Shown: positions 27,916-40,759 of the stretch, one piece after another
How positions within the stretch are numbered: position 1 is the stretch's first letter
How the letters are laid out: each line of letters begins with the position of its first letter
Source of the DNA: Eledone cirrhosa
Taxonomy: Eukaryota
DNA length: 64,000 nucleotides
NCBI GenBank assembly: GCA_964016885.1
Contig: OZ024750.1
Coordinates: forward strand, 10,292,001-10,356,000
Direction: 5' to 3'
Program-made: the position numbers and the translations under genes
Notes under the pieces: generated by a model
Database searches by the model: none
What the model was told of the DNA's origin: nothing
The model's input: the letters and a program-made list of their open reading frames with translations, nothing else

Positions 27916-28883
27916 CACAATGATGGGAAATAGCCAGTAGGTGTTGATAAGAGATTTATGTCCAACAACAGTTACAGTGTCAGCTAGTTTATTACTGATA
28001 TATTCTCCTTTAAAACAACATATGTTGATATCATCAGGGCAGAATGTTTCAAACCTGTGCATCATAACTAATAGCAAAGCCAACGATGGTTGGAACCGAA
28101 TTAGATACATTAAATCACCAGGAAAACTTCGGACCAATTTTGTCACTTTCTGACGATAATCTAAGAATAATATCTGGAGTAAGCATACAACTGGTTTGTA
28201 GAGGTTAGGACAGTTAAGAAGAATATAAAGTAGACAACATTTCAATATTTTCTGAAAGTAAATATTTGAACTTTGGCAGGAGTAGTTGTGTTGTATATAG
28301 TTCATCTTTTCATATATGGCTTTGTCACGGATTTTGGCAATGGCACCACCCAAGCATGTACAATATTTAATGGTTCCAAAACTGAATAAAGTGATATCTG
28401 CTTCTGGATGTCCTATATAATTAAAACCACAGAAACCTTCTGCAGCGTCCTCTATAACAGCAAGGTTGTACTTTTTGGTTATTTCGATGAAAGGTGTGAG
28501 ATCAAAAATCTTTCCATAAATATGAGCAACCAAAAGAGCAACAGTCTTTTTGCTTATGAGATGTTCAAAGAAATCAATCTTTGGTGCAGTGGTTTCTGCA
28601 TCGATATCAAGGGAGACAATCTGAAGTCCATGATGATGAATGATATAAGGGATGTCAGGTATATTCACAGCTGAAACAATTATCTCTGACCCAGGAGGGA
28701 AGTTCTGAGCTTGAAGATACAAATCTAGACCACTCCTTACAGAGAGACATGGTAGTACAAAATTCTGATTTTGAGGTTTTGTCCATATAATCCGAATTTT
28801 TTCAATCACTTGCTTTTGGGTTATTGAATGGTATATTGATAAACAATCTTTCAGGGCACACAAAATACTTTTCCAATCAACAT
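27916..28883 (-). CDS. DegT/DnrJ/EryC1/StrS-family PLP aminotransferase, coding exon 2 (catalytic core)
   Basis: 968-bp exon, ttttttcag acceptor and GTG|gtatgt donor. Motifs SVRSGLDL, GSEIIVSAVNIP, LLVAHIYG, IEDAAEGF and LFSFGTIKYCTCLGG (presumed PLP lysine) match fold-type-I DegT-family aminotransferases. Confidence 0.92.
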
Positions 28884-29151
28884 CTGAAAAAAAGAAAACA
28901 CCGAAAGTTACTTTAGTTTAAAGACATTCAATAATATTGTAATAAAGAGGAGATATTTAATACATTTGGATATTTTAACGATGCAGGCATGGCTGTGTGG
29001 TTAGAGTTTGTTTTGCAAGTGAGGTCCTCATGATTTTTGACACGTCTAAAGAGTTCTCCCAACATTTAGTTTGGCAAGTTTTCTATCGCTAAATGATTTT
29101 CCTATCCCCAACAACTTTACAGAGTGTACTGGAATTGGGGAATCAATTTGT

Positions 29152-29288
29152 TGACCTTTCTCCAGGTCAACAAATGCCAAGAAGAGGGGCTTACTTTTAG
29201 CTAGGCACTTCTTTAGCATTTCAGCAATTACCCAAGGCCCAGCTGCTTTGCCTCTCTTTACAACCTTAATTGCCTTATTTACTATGGT
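29152..29288 (-). mobile_element. Non-LTR retrotransposon reverse-transcriptase fragment (RTE-like)
   Basis: KAIKVVKRGKAAGPWVIAEMLK and PLFLAFVDLEK motifs, joined by an internal deletion. Confidence 0.7.
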
Positions 29289-29586
29289 GTGTGTGTGTGT
29301 GCATGTCACTTCGATAGGTTTCGGCCAGTATTGGCCCAGGCCATATCTAATTTAATAGCACCACCTGGTTAAGTCTTTCAAATCAGGATTTGGATACCAT
29401 GGCCCATTCAGGTAGAGTTATTGTTTAAGGTGTAGGAGGTGTATATATTGTTTTTTAGTTGTAGCTATATATGATGTATATATAGGTATATATAATAAGT
29501 AATTGTTTTGTCTTATAGTCATAATACTATTTATATAGTTATCAATATTCATTTATGATGAAAGATTGTATAGTTAGTAACTATTT

Positions 29587-29620
<34 letters not shown>

Positions 29621-32322
29621 GTGCATGACATTTAGATTAACATATCTCACTATATCTTTGCAATATTTGTACTTCTCAGGCATTCCACTGATATCACGGC
29701 TGCTTATGAGGAAACATTGTTTAACACGAAACTCATTTCAGAGAAGGAAGAGGGGAAGAGGCTGAATACAGACACACACATATACATGCACACACACACA
29801 CACACACACACATGTACAAACATCCATCCATACATACATGCACACACACTTACATATATACAAAAATATTTAATCATACCCACATACACACAAATGCACA
29901 TATACATGTATACATACGCACAATCACATACACACACATATGGACATACAGATGTACAAATGCACATATACATGTATACATATGCACAATCACATACACA
30001 CACACATATGAACATACAAATGCACACATACATATATACAAAAACATGTACAATCACACATAATTATGAACATACATACAGATGTACAAACACATACACA
30101 CACACACGTGCATACACATGAACAAACACATACACGCATGCATACACATGAACAAACACATACACGCATGCATACACATGAACAAACACATACACACATG
30201 CATACACATGTACACAGAGCCAACAGGTTTACCTTATATATTTGCAGCTTGAAGAAATCACAGCCTAATGCTGTCTTAGTTTCTAAAATATACTTTACAT
30301 TCATCAGTGTATTTACACTAAATGTCTGTTTTAGTTCACTCCCCCACCCCCCACACATGACTAATGAATTGATGATTGCTGCTAGGGGTCAGATGGTACC
30401 CAATACTTTCTAACATATGTATGAAGACACATTTGGTGTATCTGTGTGTGTAGGTGTGTGTATGTATGTGTGTGGTGAAGTTGGAAAATAGTAGTGGTGG
30501 TGGTGGTGGTGTTGGTGGTAGTGGTGGTGGAGGTGTTGGTGGTAGTAGTAGTGATGGTGGTGGTGGTGGTAGAAGTAGTGGTGTTCGTGGTATTAGTGGT
30601 GGTGGTGGTAGTGGTATTAATAGTAGAAGTGGTGGTGGAATTAGTGGTGGTGGTGTTAGTGGTAGAAGTAGTAGTGGTGGTATTAGTGGTAGTCATAGTA
30701 TTCCACTTATATTAAGGTATTATTCTATAGTAGTGGTGTTGGTAGAAGTATTAGTGGTGGTATTAGTGGTAGTCATAGTTTTCCACTATTTTATAGAAGA
30801 AATCATTATTTTATAGTACTGTAATATACTGGGTTTAAAATAACAAACATAGCATTTCTTTCTTTTATTTCCACTAAAGCAGATTGTTAGTTGAAACATA
30901 GAACATAGGCCATTAGTTAATTTTCTAAATTATTTTATAGATATTGGAGGTCAAAAGAATTAAACAGAGAATGTATAGAAATAGAGAGTAAATGTTTGAG
31001 AGTGAACGAGTAAACAAGAAAATACATAAATACAACGTAACTTACTATGAATGTACATCTTCCTTGTTGAGAAGGAGACTGGAGAATAAACTCTATAGAT
31101 AATGAACACAACCACAAGGATATGGTCCGAACGTGGACGGGCTGAACTCCCACTGTCATTGCCTCCATCTCTCTCGCCCACCCCATCTCTCTGTATGGTG
31201 AGAAAATGGGGTCCCATGTGCTGACCTCCCCACAGCCTTGGCGGACAGAATGTTTATTATAGATTCAGTATAGTTTAATGGCTGGATGCCCTTCCTATCA
31301 GTAACTCCTTTACAGTGAGGACTGGATACATTTTATCATGCCAAGAGTACTAGAGAGGTTGTTTGTCAGGACTTAAGAGTCACCTCTACATTGTACAACT
31401 GTTCTTTTAGATCATCATCATCATCATCCTATTACGTCCACTTTTCCCTGCTTGCAAGGGTGGGACGGGAACGGATTCTGGCTTGATTTCTAAAGCTGGA
31501 TGCCTTTCCTAACACCAACCTCATTTACAGTGAGTACTGGGTGCTTTTTTTCTATGGCGCCTACATGTCCACTTTACAGTGTGGGCTGGGTGCTTTTTTG
31601 CCGTGGAATGATAGGGACTCCAGTCCTATCATATCATTTCTACAGCTGAGTAGACTGGAGCAATGCGAAATAAAGTGTCTTGCTCAAGGAAACAACATAT
31701 CACCCGGTTTGAGAATTGAACTCACAACCTTTCGATCGCAAGGCCAATGCTCTAACCATTAAGCCATGTGCCCCCATAATGGAGTTATTAATCTAGACAT
31801 GTATTTATTTGGAGTTACTGCTGTCCAAGACAGGTTGCCTTCATTGTGGTTTATGGAGGCAACATCTGTCTCAAGAAACAAGTGGAGATATGTCGGGCTA
31901 GAGATGACTTGCTTAACCAGTGGAAAAACAGATGTGATTGTTACATAATCATTAGGGTGGGGACATGCTGCTAAGAAAAATCAATACTATCATACTACAT
32001 GTGTGTGCGTGTGTGTATGCAGTGCTGGAGTTACTATTGTGCTTAGGCACAGGACCCTGTTAGTCAGGCGGGCCTCATCTTCCTGCCGCCACCAAATTCT
32101 TTTTTACTGGGCCTACCTTCTTCAGGGCCCAAGTAAGGGGTCTCATTTGTCCTATATTCGGCAGTGTGTATGTATGTAATTCACATACACACTCATATAT
32201 AAAAGTAAATTTTTGATAAATATATAGACGTGCATGTATTTCACACACACACACACACACACAAGCAGACGCAATTATATAGCTATGTTTACAATGTATG
32301 GGTGTGTATGCGTGTGTATGTA

Positions 32323-32355
<33 letters not shown>

Positions 32356-32449
32356 GTGTGTGTGTGTGTTAATTAGGATCGTGTAGGTGTCACGAGAAAA
32401 AAAAACACAGTCCACGCTATAATGTGGCCGTGTAGGTAACGCGGTAAAA

Positions 32450-32632
32450 AGTTCCCAGTTCCACACTGTAAATGTGGTTGGTGTTAGGAAGGGCATCCAG
32501 CCGTAGAAAACCTGCCAGATAGTCCTATATGAGCGAGACACGGTCACCCGAGACAACCTTGCCTCAAGTGGGACAACTCCCGTCTAACCCATGCTAGCGT
32601 GGAAAATGGACGTTAAACGAAGATGATGATGA
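32450..32632 (+). mobile_element. SINE-like repeat family 3 with (GAT)n tail
   Basis: gttggtgttaggaagggcatccagc...cccatgctagcgtggaaaatggacgttaaacgaagatgatgat. Related copies near 1960, 3290, 6012, 6392, 6910, 13590, 31411. Confidence 0.7.
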
Positions 32633-33485
32633 TAGGGGTGTGGGAAATAATTTGTGAACTTAAGTTGGTAGATAAGAATTGTCGTATGTGATTAGGAATA
32701 GAATTTTGTTGTAGTTTTTGCGCCAAAAATTGAGTGAACGTAGCTAGTAATAATTTCATGAAGAATTCGTGAAAGAAAGTGTTTCCGGGTGATTTTTATG
32801 ACAATGTGTATGAGAGAGAGAGAGAGAGAGGGGTGGGTGGGGATGTTTGTGTGCCGAAATCGATTTATATTAATAACAATTATTTCTACATTTGAAATAC
32901 GGTCAGCAATTTGAAGGGAAGGGGTAAGTCGGTTAAATCAAAGCTACCCTCGGCGGGATTTGAACTCAGAACATAGACATAGGTATAAGGCCAGCAATTT
33001 CGGGGGAGGGGAAAGTAGATTAGACCGACCCCAGTACGTTACTGGTACTTTATTTTATCGACCTAGAGAGTATGAAAAGCAAAGCTAACCTTGGCAGGAT
33101 TTGAACTCAGACCGTAGACAGTCGTAACCAAATAGCGGTTAATAATAATAATAACAATAATAATAAAAGAATTATACGACAAACTCTGTTTTAAGTTTAA
33201 ACTAAAATATTACGAGAGTGTAAATAATCAGTGTGAGAGATTAAATAGAACTACTATAGTATACAGTGCAGCAACAGATTGGACTGACTTAGCTTCCATG
33301 GAAACTAAAGCTAGCAAGATGTATAGAAAAAAAAAAAAATAATAATACAAACAAGGGAATGCAGGAAGATAGAAAGAAGAAAAAAGAAACTGTGAAAAGA
33401 TAAAACCCACTGTAATAATAGTAATAATACAATGTGGTCCCCTGTTGTGTCAGCTTACTATGTAATTATAAGTGAATTTACTTAC

Positions 33486-33531
33486 CGAGGTAGATGCAAG
33501 AATAAGGCAGAGTGTCACACAAGTTCGACAT
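33486..33531 (-). CDS. DegT/DnrJ/EryC1/StrS-family PLP aminotransferase, coding exon 1
   Basis: ATG at 33531 gives MSNLCDTLPYSCIYL, then G|gtaagt donor (phase 1), which joins the phase-1 acceptor at 28883 in frame. A possible acceptor (tcttttattatag) near 33622 suggests an upstream non-coding exon. Confidence 0.7.
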
Positions 33532-34059
33532 TTCTCTTGGTAGCTGGCCGCTGATTTGGTTCGCTTGGTCATGCCTGGATCAGCGCTTGTCAACATGGGT
33601 ACATAAATAAAAGACATTAAGCTATAATAAAAGAGGACAGTTTTATTATCACATTAATTTAAATATATTTAAGAAAATAGTAACAACAAAAATATTTTAA
33701 ACAAAGATAATTAACTAAGTTGTGTGTGTGTATATATTTATATATATATATATATATATAAACAACTTAGTTAATTATATATATATATATATTTATACAT
33801 ATAAAAACTTCTGTGAAACTAAACGTTTTAGAAATTGTGTATAAACATACATTAACACGTGTAGATTACTGAATAAAAACAGGCAATAAAAGCAAAAAAA
33901 GATCTCGAACGAAAGTATGATGCATTAGTTATGTCCAACTATGCCGAGCACGCCTTATTTTAATAAGTTACACACTAAAAGACTTAGGCGTTAGTTAATA
34001 GTTTCTTTTATTTTCAACTTATGTAATGGTATGTCTATTTCGTTGTTGTCAGATATTGT

Positions 34060-34415
34060 AATGAGAAAAGGGGTCATATGTTAACATTATTTAGCCCCAG
34101 GTTAAATATTATCCAACAGACCTAGGATCAATGATAAAAGGGGTCATATGTTAACGTTATTTAGCCCCAGGTTAGATATTATCCAACAAACCTACGATCA
34201 ATGATAAAAGGGGTCATGTATTAAAGTTATTTAGCCCCAGGTCAGATATTACCCAACAGATCTAGGATCAATGATAAAAGGGATCATATGTTAACATTAT
34301 TTAGCCCCAGGTCAGATAGTATCCAAAAGACCTAGGACCAATGATAAAAGCGGTCATATGTTAACGATAATGTTATTTAACCCCAGGCCAGATATTACCC
34401 TACAGACATAGCATC
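34060..34415. repeat. 70-bp minisatellite, about 5 copies
   Basis: atgataaaag recurs at 34131, 34201, 34271 and 34341. Confidence 0.9.
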
Positions 34416-34419
34416 GGGT

Positions 34420-34680
34420 ACACATTGTAGAGCTAGTCTAGGGCACTAAATACCCTGGTACACATTGTAGAGCTAGCATAGGGTGCTAAATACCCAAGTA
34501 TACATTGTAGAGCTAGCCTAGGGTGTTAAACACCTAGAAATATCATAGAGTTAGCCTAGGGTGGTAAATACCCAGAAATATCGTAGAGCTAGTCTAAGGT
34601 GCTAAATACCCAGGCGTACGTTGTAGAGCAAGTCTAGGGTGCTAAATACCCAGGCACACATTGTAGAGCTAGCTTAGGGC
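34420..34680. repeat. About 40-bp minisatellite, about 7 copies
   Basis: Recurring gtagagctagcctagggtgctaaatacc. Confidence 0.85.
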
Positions 34681-35349
34681 CAGAGGCGTAACTAGGTTAT
34701 GGCAAGCATGGAACGATCCATTGGCGTCTCTTGAAGGGGCCGCCACATGGATTAGGAGCTCTTTCTATTAAAGTTAGATAAGCTATCATCGGAGAATAAA
34801 AAAAAAAAAAAGAGAAACTTCTTCAGATGTATGATTTTCAGCAATTTTAGCTGAATTGACCGGAGCGACGCGAAGTGAAGTGTTTTATTCAAGAACACAA
34901 CATAACACCCTCTCCAAGAATCGAACCCAGAATATTACGGGCGTAAGCCCAGCACTCTTTAATATTTGTGGAGGTCTTAAATATGAACCATATTCTATAG
35001 GCAAAGCTGTGTGATTAAAACATTTGCTTGACAACTACGTGGCTTTATGTCATACTATAGCAGCGGCTTGATTAATGCTTTGTGAGTGACGTTTTGTAGA
35101 CCGTGATAGCGTCGTATATATGTTATATTATATCATATTATATTATATTATATCATACATAAATAAAGTACCAGTAATGCCATTCTGAGTTCAAATCCCG
35201 CCGAGGTTAACTTTGCCTTTCATCCTTACGGGATCGATAAAATAAAGTACCAGTAATCTACTGGGCAATTGCTGGCCTTGTGCCAATGGTAGAAACAATT
35301 ATATTATATCATACATCATATTATATAATTACACAGTCTTATTAGTTTC

Positions 35350-35465
35350 ACGCTTGTTGGAAGAAGGAAAGATTTTTCTCAACACGAGTGAGTGCGCATG
35401 CACAGGACCCGACTCTAGTGCACACGCGCAAGGCACTGAGACGAGCGCGCGCGCAAGATTTGTTT
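35350..35465. promoter_or_regulatory. CpG-rich patch, candidate promoter of the aminotransferase gene
   Basis: Local CpG density far above background, with an NRF1-like TGCGCATGCA and GCGCGCGCGC, about 1.9 kb upstream of the ATG. Confidence 0.35.
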
Positions 35466-35904
35466 CCAATATCAATTAAGTCGAATGTATAAACGTTTTT
35501 TGAAGGTAAAATAAAATCACGATTTATCAAAAATTGAACCCACTAACTAAACCTGAGAACATCTTTATTCCCAAACGATAACTGGCATACCATCGGCTTT
35601 TTGTAGGAAAATGATTTACTTTAAACAATTTTTTTTTATGAATACTAAAGAAAGTAGCCATAAAAATATTTAAATTCTCATTGAATTACGACCTTGATAT
35701 GTGTATGTGGGAAAATGTAGGCCACATAGGTAGCCGGGTAGCTGTATGTTTTCTTTGTTCAAATTCTGCTGGAAGAAAGTAACAGAGTGCATGCCCTGCC
35801 GCTAGTCCGCATGCGTAAGACTATATATATATATATATTCTTTGCATACGTAAGACTATATATATATATTCTTTGCTTAAACTTTAATCTGTTATTTTAA
35901 TAAA

Positions 35905-35969
<65 letters not shown>

Positions 35970-36416
35970 CACAAGAATCAAAGCTATGTTCAAAGCATTT
36001 ATTCACTTACAATTGTTTCATCCAAATCTAGGCTTGAAGTCTTCGGAGCATTTTTCAATGTTTGTACATATAATTGATGTTATTACGTTGAGCTATTTAT
36101 CTTACTGGTAATAAGGTAGTAATAAATTACTGACCTTCTCTATTTATGGTTTAAAATATACACAACTATAAAAAGTTTAAAATATACATAACTATAAATA
36201 GTATCCTTAATATTATATATATAAACAATTAAGTTAAAAAACGAAGCGTCAGTCATACAAAAGTGAGTTACAAACGAAGCGAAATTTAATTTCGTTTCGT
36301 TATTTGTTTTTATTATATATATATATATATGTAAGGGTAAACATAAATGACAACACAATCGGTACAGTATATGGAAGGGATATATTAGGTTAACGCTTGA
36401 TATAGCAGGAAGAGGG

Positions 36417-36452
36417 ACTTAACGTTTCGGACGCTAGTCCTTCATCAGAAGA
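36417..36452 (-). ncRNA. Minimal type I hammerhead ribozyme motif (family A), second intact copy
   Basis: Same CTGATGAAGGACTAGCGTCCGAAACGTTAAG sequence inside another copy of the repeat (about 36330-36600). Confidence 0.78.
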
Positions 36453-36604
36453 AAGAATGAGAAATAAGATATATTGAGGGGACGGGCGGGATGGAATTGG
36501 AAAAAAATGTCTTTAGATAAAAATAACAGGTCCATTCATGTTGACATCTCTGATCATTCCCGGTGGGAATATATATAGTTTTTTTACCTGTTCCAGTCGA
36601 CTGG

Positions 36605-36701
<97 letters not shown>

Positions 36702-37577
36702 GAGGGTCGGCTGAAAAGTTTATTGGCTGACTATGAGGGGATGATGCTAGAGCTGTGAAATCTTGGATGCATTAATTTCAGGTCTTCTTATTAATAACAG
36801 CATATATGTACGTATAGAGTCTAGGAGACCATTAATCATGGGAGTACTCAATGCATGGAGAGATGTAGAGTGGGTATAGAGATATGTAAATCCCGACCAC
36901 GGCGCCAAGCGGTTTCAGCTTGTGTGTTCAGCAAGCCTTTACTCTTAAAATGCTTGCTGAACACACAAGCCGAAACCGCCTGGTGCCGCGGTCGGGATTT
37001 TACCCCCCTCTCTCTATCTCTCTCTCTCTATATATAACTAAGTATCGAATACTCTGGTAGGTTATGGTCAACTTTTTTTTTTTTTTTACCACACCCTATC
37101 TTATATATATGTGTATGTGTGTGTGTGTGTGTGATACACACACACACATACACACATATATCGTCGACGGAATGATGTAATTTAGAAAGATATGATTGTT
37201 ATTTCTAGCACAACATTAGTTTGACTAACACGGACTTTTCGGCTTTGTTGTTTGTCTTCTTCAAAAATATCTGTAATGTTTTTATCAAGATGGTTTGTCG
37301 ACGTTTTGTAAGTAATGAGAAAAAGGGAAAGGGATACAGAATGGCAAATCTGGCTGTATAGGGCGAGGAGAAATATCCCTAGAATATCGCATTAATCCTT
37401 TTTTTAATACTTTCCATTACTGTATAACTTTTCTTTGTAAAATATAGTTGACATAAAAACAAATAATAATGCTTTAAAAATAATTTTACAATTTGTTCCA
37501 ATAAAACAAAAACAAAACACATGGACTCTATGCCATCTTTATGAAAAATCAATTAAAATTCATTTGATCTCGAATAC

Positions 37578-37660
37578 TATATAAAACTTCTATTGTGATC
37601 CGGTTATCATAAAACAAGGGACATTACTCTATTTGTCTTAATGGCACACGGCAAGGTGAG
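37578..37660 (+). promoter_or_regulatory. Candidate TATA box and short non-coding first exon for the Cys-rich gene
   Basis: TATATAAAA at 37578, TCA about 30 bp downstream, AAG|gtgag donor at 37655/37656. The signal-peptide exon has an acceptor, so an upstream exon is expected. Confidence 0.3.
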
Positions 37661-37752
37661 ATAACTGGCTCTGTCAAAACAAAAGAAAGAAATTTGGTGT
37701 ATCATAATTGTTCTCTCCATCTCATTTTCGTCAATTCTCTTAGTATCTCGTA

Positions 37753-38113
37753 TACTCTCAGGTCTCGAATAATCGCCCCCACCCCGTTTATTAATTTTTC
37801 AGATTTATTCTAACGCCCCCCCCCCCCCTTATTAAATTTTGCTAATCTATCTCCAGCGAAATTTTATTTAAAGAGGTAGCATTCCTGCGACAATTAATTT
37901 TCTTTATACATTAAAAAAACATTATACATGACAAAAAAAGTATTTTACTAGAAATGCCACCCGTTATAAAATAAATAGGATGGGGTGTCAATATGTGAAC
38001 TAAATGACTAATTCTGTCTTTTCTTTTTAAAAAAATCAATGGAGACAACCTAAAAATTTTCCACCACCCCGCTTATTCCACCCCCTCCCCCATTATTTTG
38101 GGACCCGTGAGTA
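37753..38113. mobile_element. Probable Tc1/mariner-superfamily MITE
   Basis: TA-CTCTCAGGTCTCGAATAAT ... ATTATTTTGGGACCCGTGAG-TA imperfect TIRs. Confidence 0.5.
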
Positions 38114-38976
38114 GTTACACCCCCCACCACACATATATGTATTTACAAGGTAAACAGAAATAACAACATAATCGGTACAGTATATAGAAGGAATATATTA
38201 GGTTAACGCTTGAAATATCAGGAAGAGGGTCTTAACGATAGATTGAAGGGGCGAGTGTGGTGGAATTGAAAAGAAAATGTCTTTAAATACTGCGAGCCTC
38301 GAATTAGGCGAAATGACACAAAGTGGTCTGGAACTAAAAGAGGAAATTCATCAGAGCTACAGACATTTTAAATCTTGGGAATATGTTGGTCATTCCAGTG
38401 GTCAATATCATCTGTTGACATCTATCAATTCTTCTGGCACGGCCAGAGAGAGAGAGAGAGAGAGACACTTCTTATCCATCTTTCATACGTGTCCTCCTGG
38501 ATTCTCTCAGTTATTTTATTACTACCATTGCCATTACTGTAGATAGAGTAGTCAGTAGACATGTTAAATTTGTTGTCTTGTTGTTGTTGTTGATAGTGAT
38601 GATGATGATGAGAATGTTGTCGTCAGTGTTGCTGGAATCGTTATTGTCGTTTTAGATCTTATTTATACCTTAAGTGTTGTATTTGTTTTTGCTCTCGGTG
38701 CTGCTGCTGCTACTACTACTACTACTACTGCTGTTGCTGTTGTTGCTGTTGCTGTTGTTATTGCAGTTAGACAGTTTATTATTGCTACACGACGCATCTC
38801 CCTTCTTTCGCTTTGACAGCAAAAACTACAAAACAAATGACAGCCTTAACACTAACTCTGCCACGGATGCCATGATTACCCCCCCCCCCCTCCCCACACA
38901 CACCCCAGCGCCTCTTTCTTCAAATGAAAAACTTGACATTTTAAAGAAAGAAAGAAAAATAAAATAAAAAAAAAGC

Positions 38977-39057
<81 letters not shown>

Positions 39058-39378
39058 TAATCGTTCGGAACATACACTCAGGGAAACCAAGTCTAATTGT
39101 TCGGAACATATTGTTGGCAATAATCACAATCAAAGATTTTGTAGTGCACCTGAGCACTGTACACAATAATTTCATTATTATTCTATCGGTAGAAGGTCGG
39201 ACGCCATGCTTTGCAGCATAGAGTTACGGCCCTTTATGATCGGAGTTCAAATCCCGCCGAGGTTAACTTTGCCTTTCATGCTTACGGGATCGATAAAATA
39301 AAGCACCAGTCACGCACCGGGATCGATTTAATTGACTGCCCCCTTCCCCAAATTGCAAGCTTTGTGCCTATAAGAAAC

Positions 39379-39412
<34 letters not shown>

Positions 39413-39584
39413 TATATATATATATATTTTTATGTCCTCTTTTTCTTTTCTTATATAAATAATAAAAATATTTACACGCACAAAACCCACATCGTACCGT
39501 CCTGTGCCGTCTGTAATGTTTTTCTTGATGTCAGCCCTTGTGGCCAATAACGAAATCATTATTATTATTATTATTATTAAATTA

Positions 39585-39740
39585 TGCAAATATAAAGATC
39601 TGGAAATAGAAATAATCCGAATGCTGGAGCTGAAATCTGAACTGTTTCCTGTAAATCAAGAAGCCCAGGATTTACCAGTGTGTGCAATATGCAGATAATA
39701 GCACAACTAGGTATTGCATAAAGTAATGTCAATAAAATAT
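39585..39740 (+). mobile_element. RLE-type (R4/Dong-like) LINE C-terminal fragment
   Basis: KYKDLEIEIIRMLELKSELFPV ... MQIIAQLGIA resembles the KY.DL..E..R.W......PV / Q..A.LG.A end of restriction-like-endonuclease LINEs. Confidence 0.6.
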
Positions 39741-40716
39741 TCATAATATACTTATTTATATCATTATTACAATTGTATACAATCCACAAATTCCTAAACG
39801 CATAATAATACAAAAGGTGTCATACAGACACAAAATACCTGAGAACATACAGGTATATTTATCGTGGGTAGTGCCAAAATATAATACAACATGAAATACA
39901 TTAAACATGTTTAGTAAACAAAGACACAGCCAACAAAGAAGTGAAAAGGTGCCATTTAGAAGGACCAGATCACCAAAGAAAAGAGTCAACCATGTCCCGA
40001 GGGGTGGGCTTTTAGCTGTAGATATACTGTTGGTGTAATTTTCATGAACAGTCTACCATTTTTGTACTCATTATATTCAGCCCTCAGCTCTTCATCTAAT
40101 AATATTCGTTTCTGATTTAGGCACAAGGCCAACCATTTTCGGGGAAGCCAAACGACCCGCCTGCAGCCCGCGGGCCGCAGATTGCCCATGACTGTGCTAA
40201 ACATTAATGGCAGCTTTAATAAATAACACAGAAGTATACATTCTGTCTACGTATTCATATAAACTTACTTGGAGATAAGTGAAAGAGGTCATAACATTTG
40301 CAGCAGAAACAGACCCACATCGCCACCACCATCAAAAGAAATACAAGAAGAACCACGACAATCCCTCACAGCAAAACTTTAACTGATACCAGATACATTC
40401 ATGAAGAAACGATAAGATAACAAAGTCACAGAAGTAAACGGACAGAAAAACAACAACTAATACATATATCTATATGTGTTTATAGGTGCACACACACATA
40501 AACATACATTGACACACATACATTCACACACATGTATTCACAGACACACACACACACACATATATATATGGTGTGCGTATATAATATATATTCATGTATA
40601 TGTAGACATATGTAGATATATATGTACAAGTGTAATGATAGCAAAAATACGCACACAAATAAAAAAAGAAAGAAACACAACGAACAAAACAACGCACACA
40701 CAAATAGACAGACAGA

Positions 40717-40759
<43 letters not shown>

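Noticed and set aside
27871-28863. Bacterial contamination as the source of the DegT-like ORF
   Set aside because: The ORF is bounded by canonical splice sites, joins two other exons in frame, and is embedded in host SINEs and satellites.
30454-30816. Gly/Ser-rich ORF resembling a structural protein
   Set aside because: Degenerate (GGT/AGT)n repeat inside aminotransferase intron 1, with no splice context.
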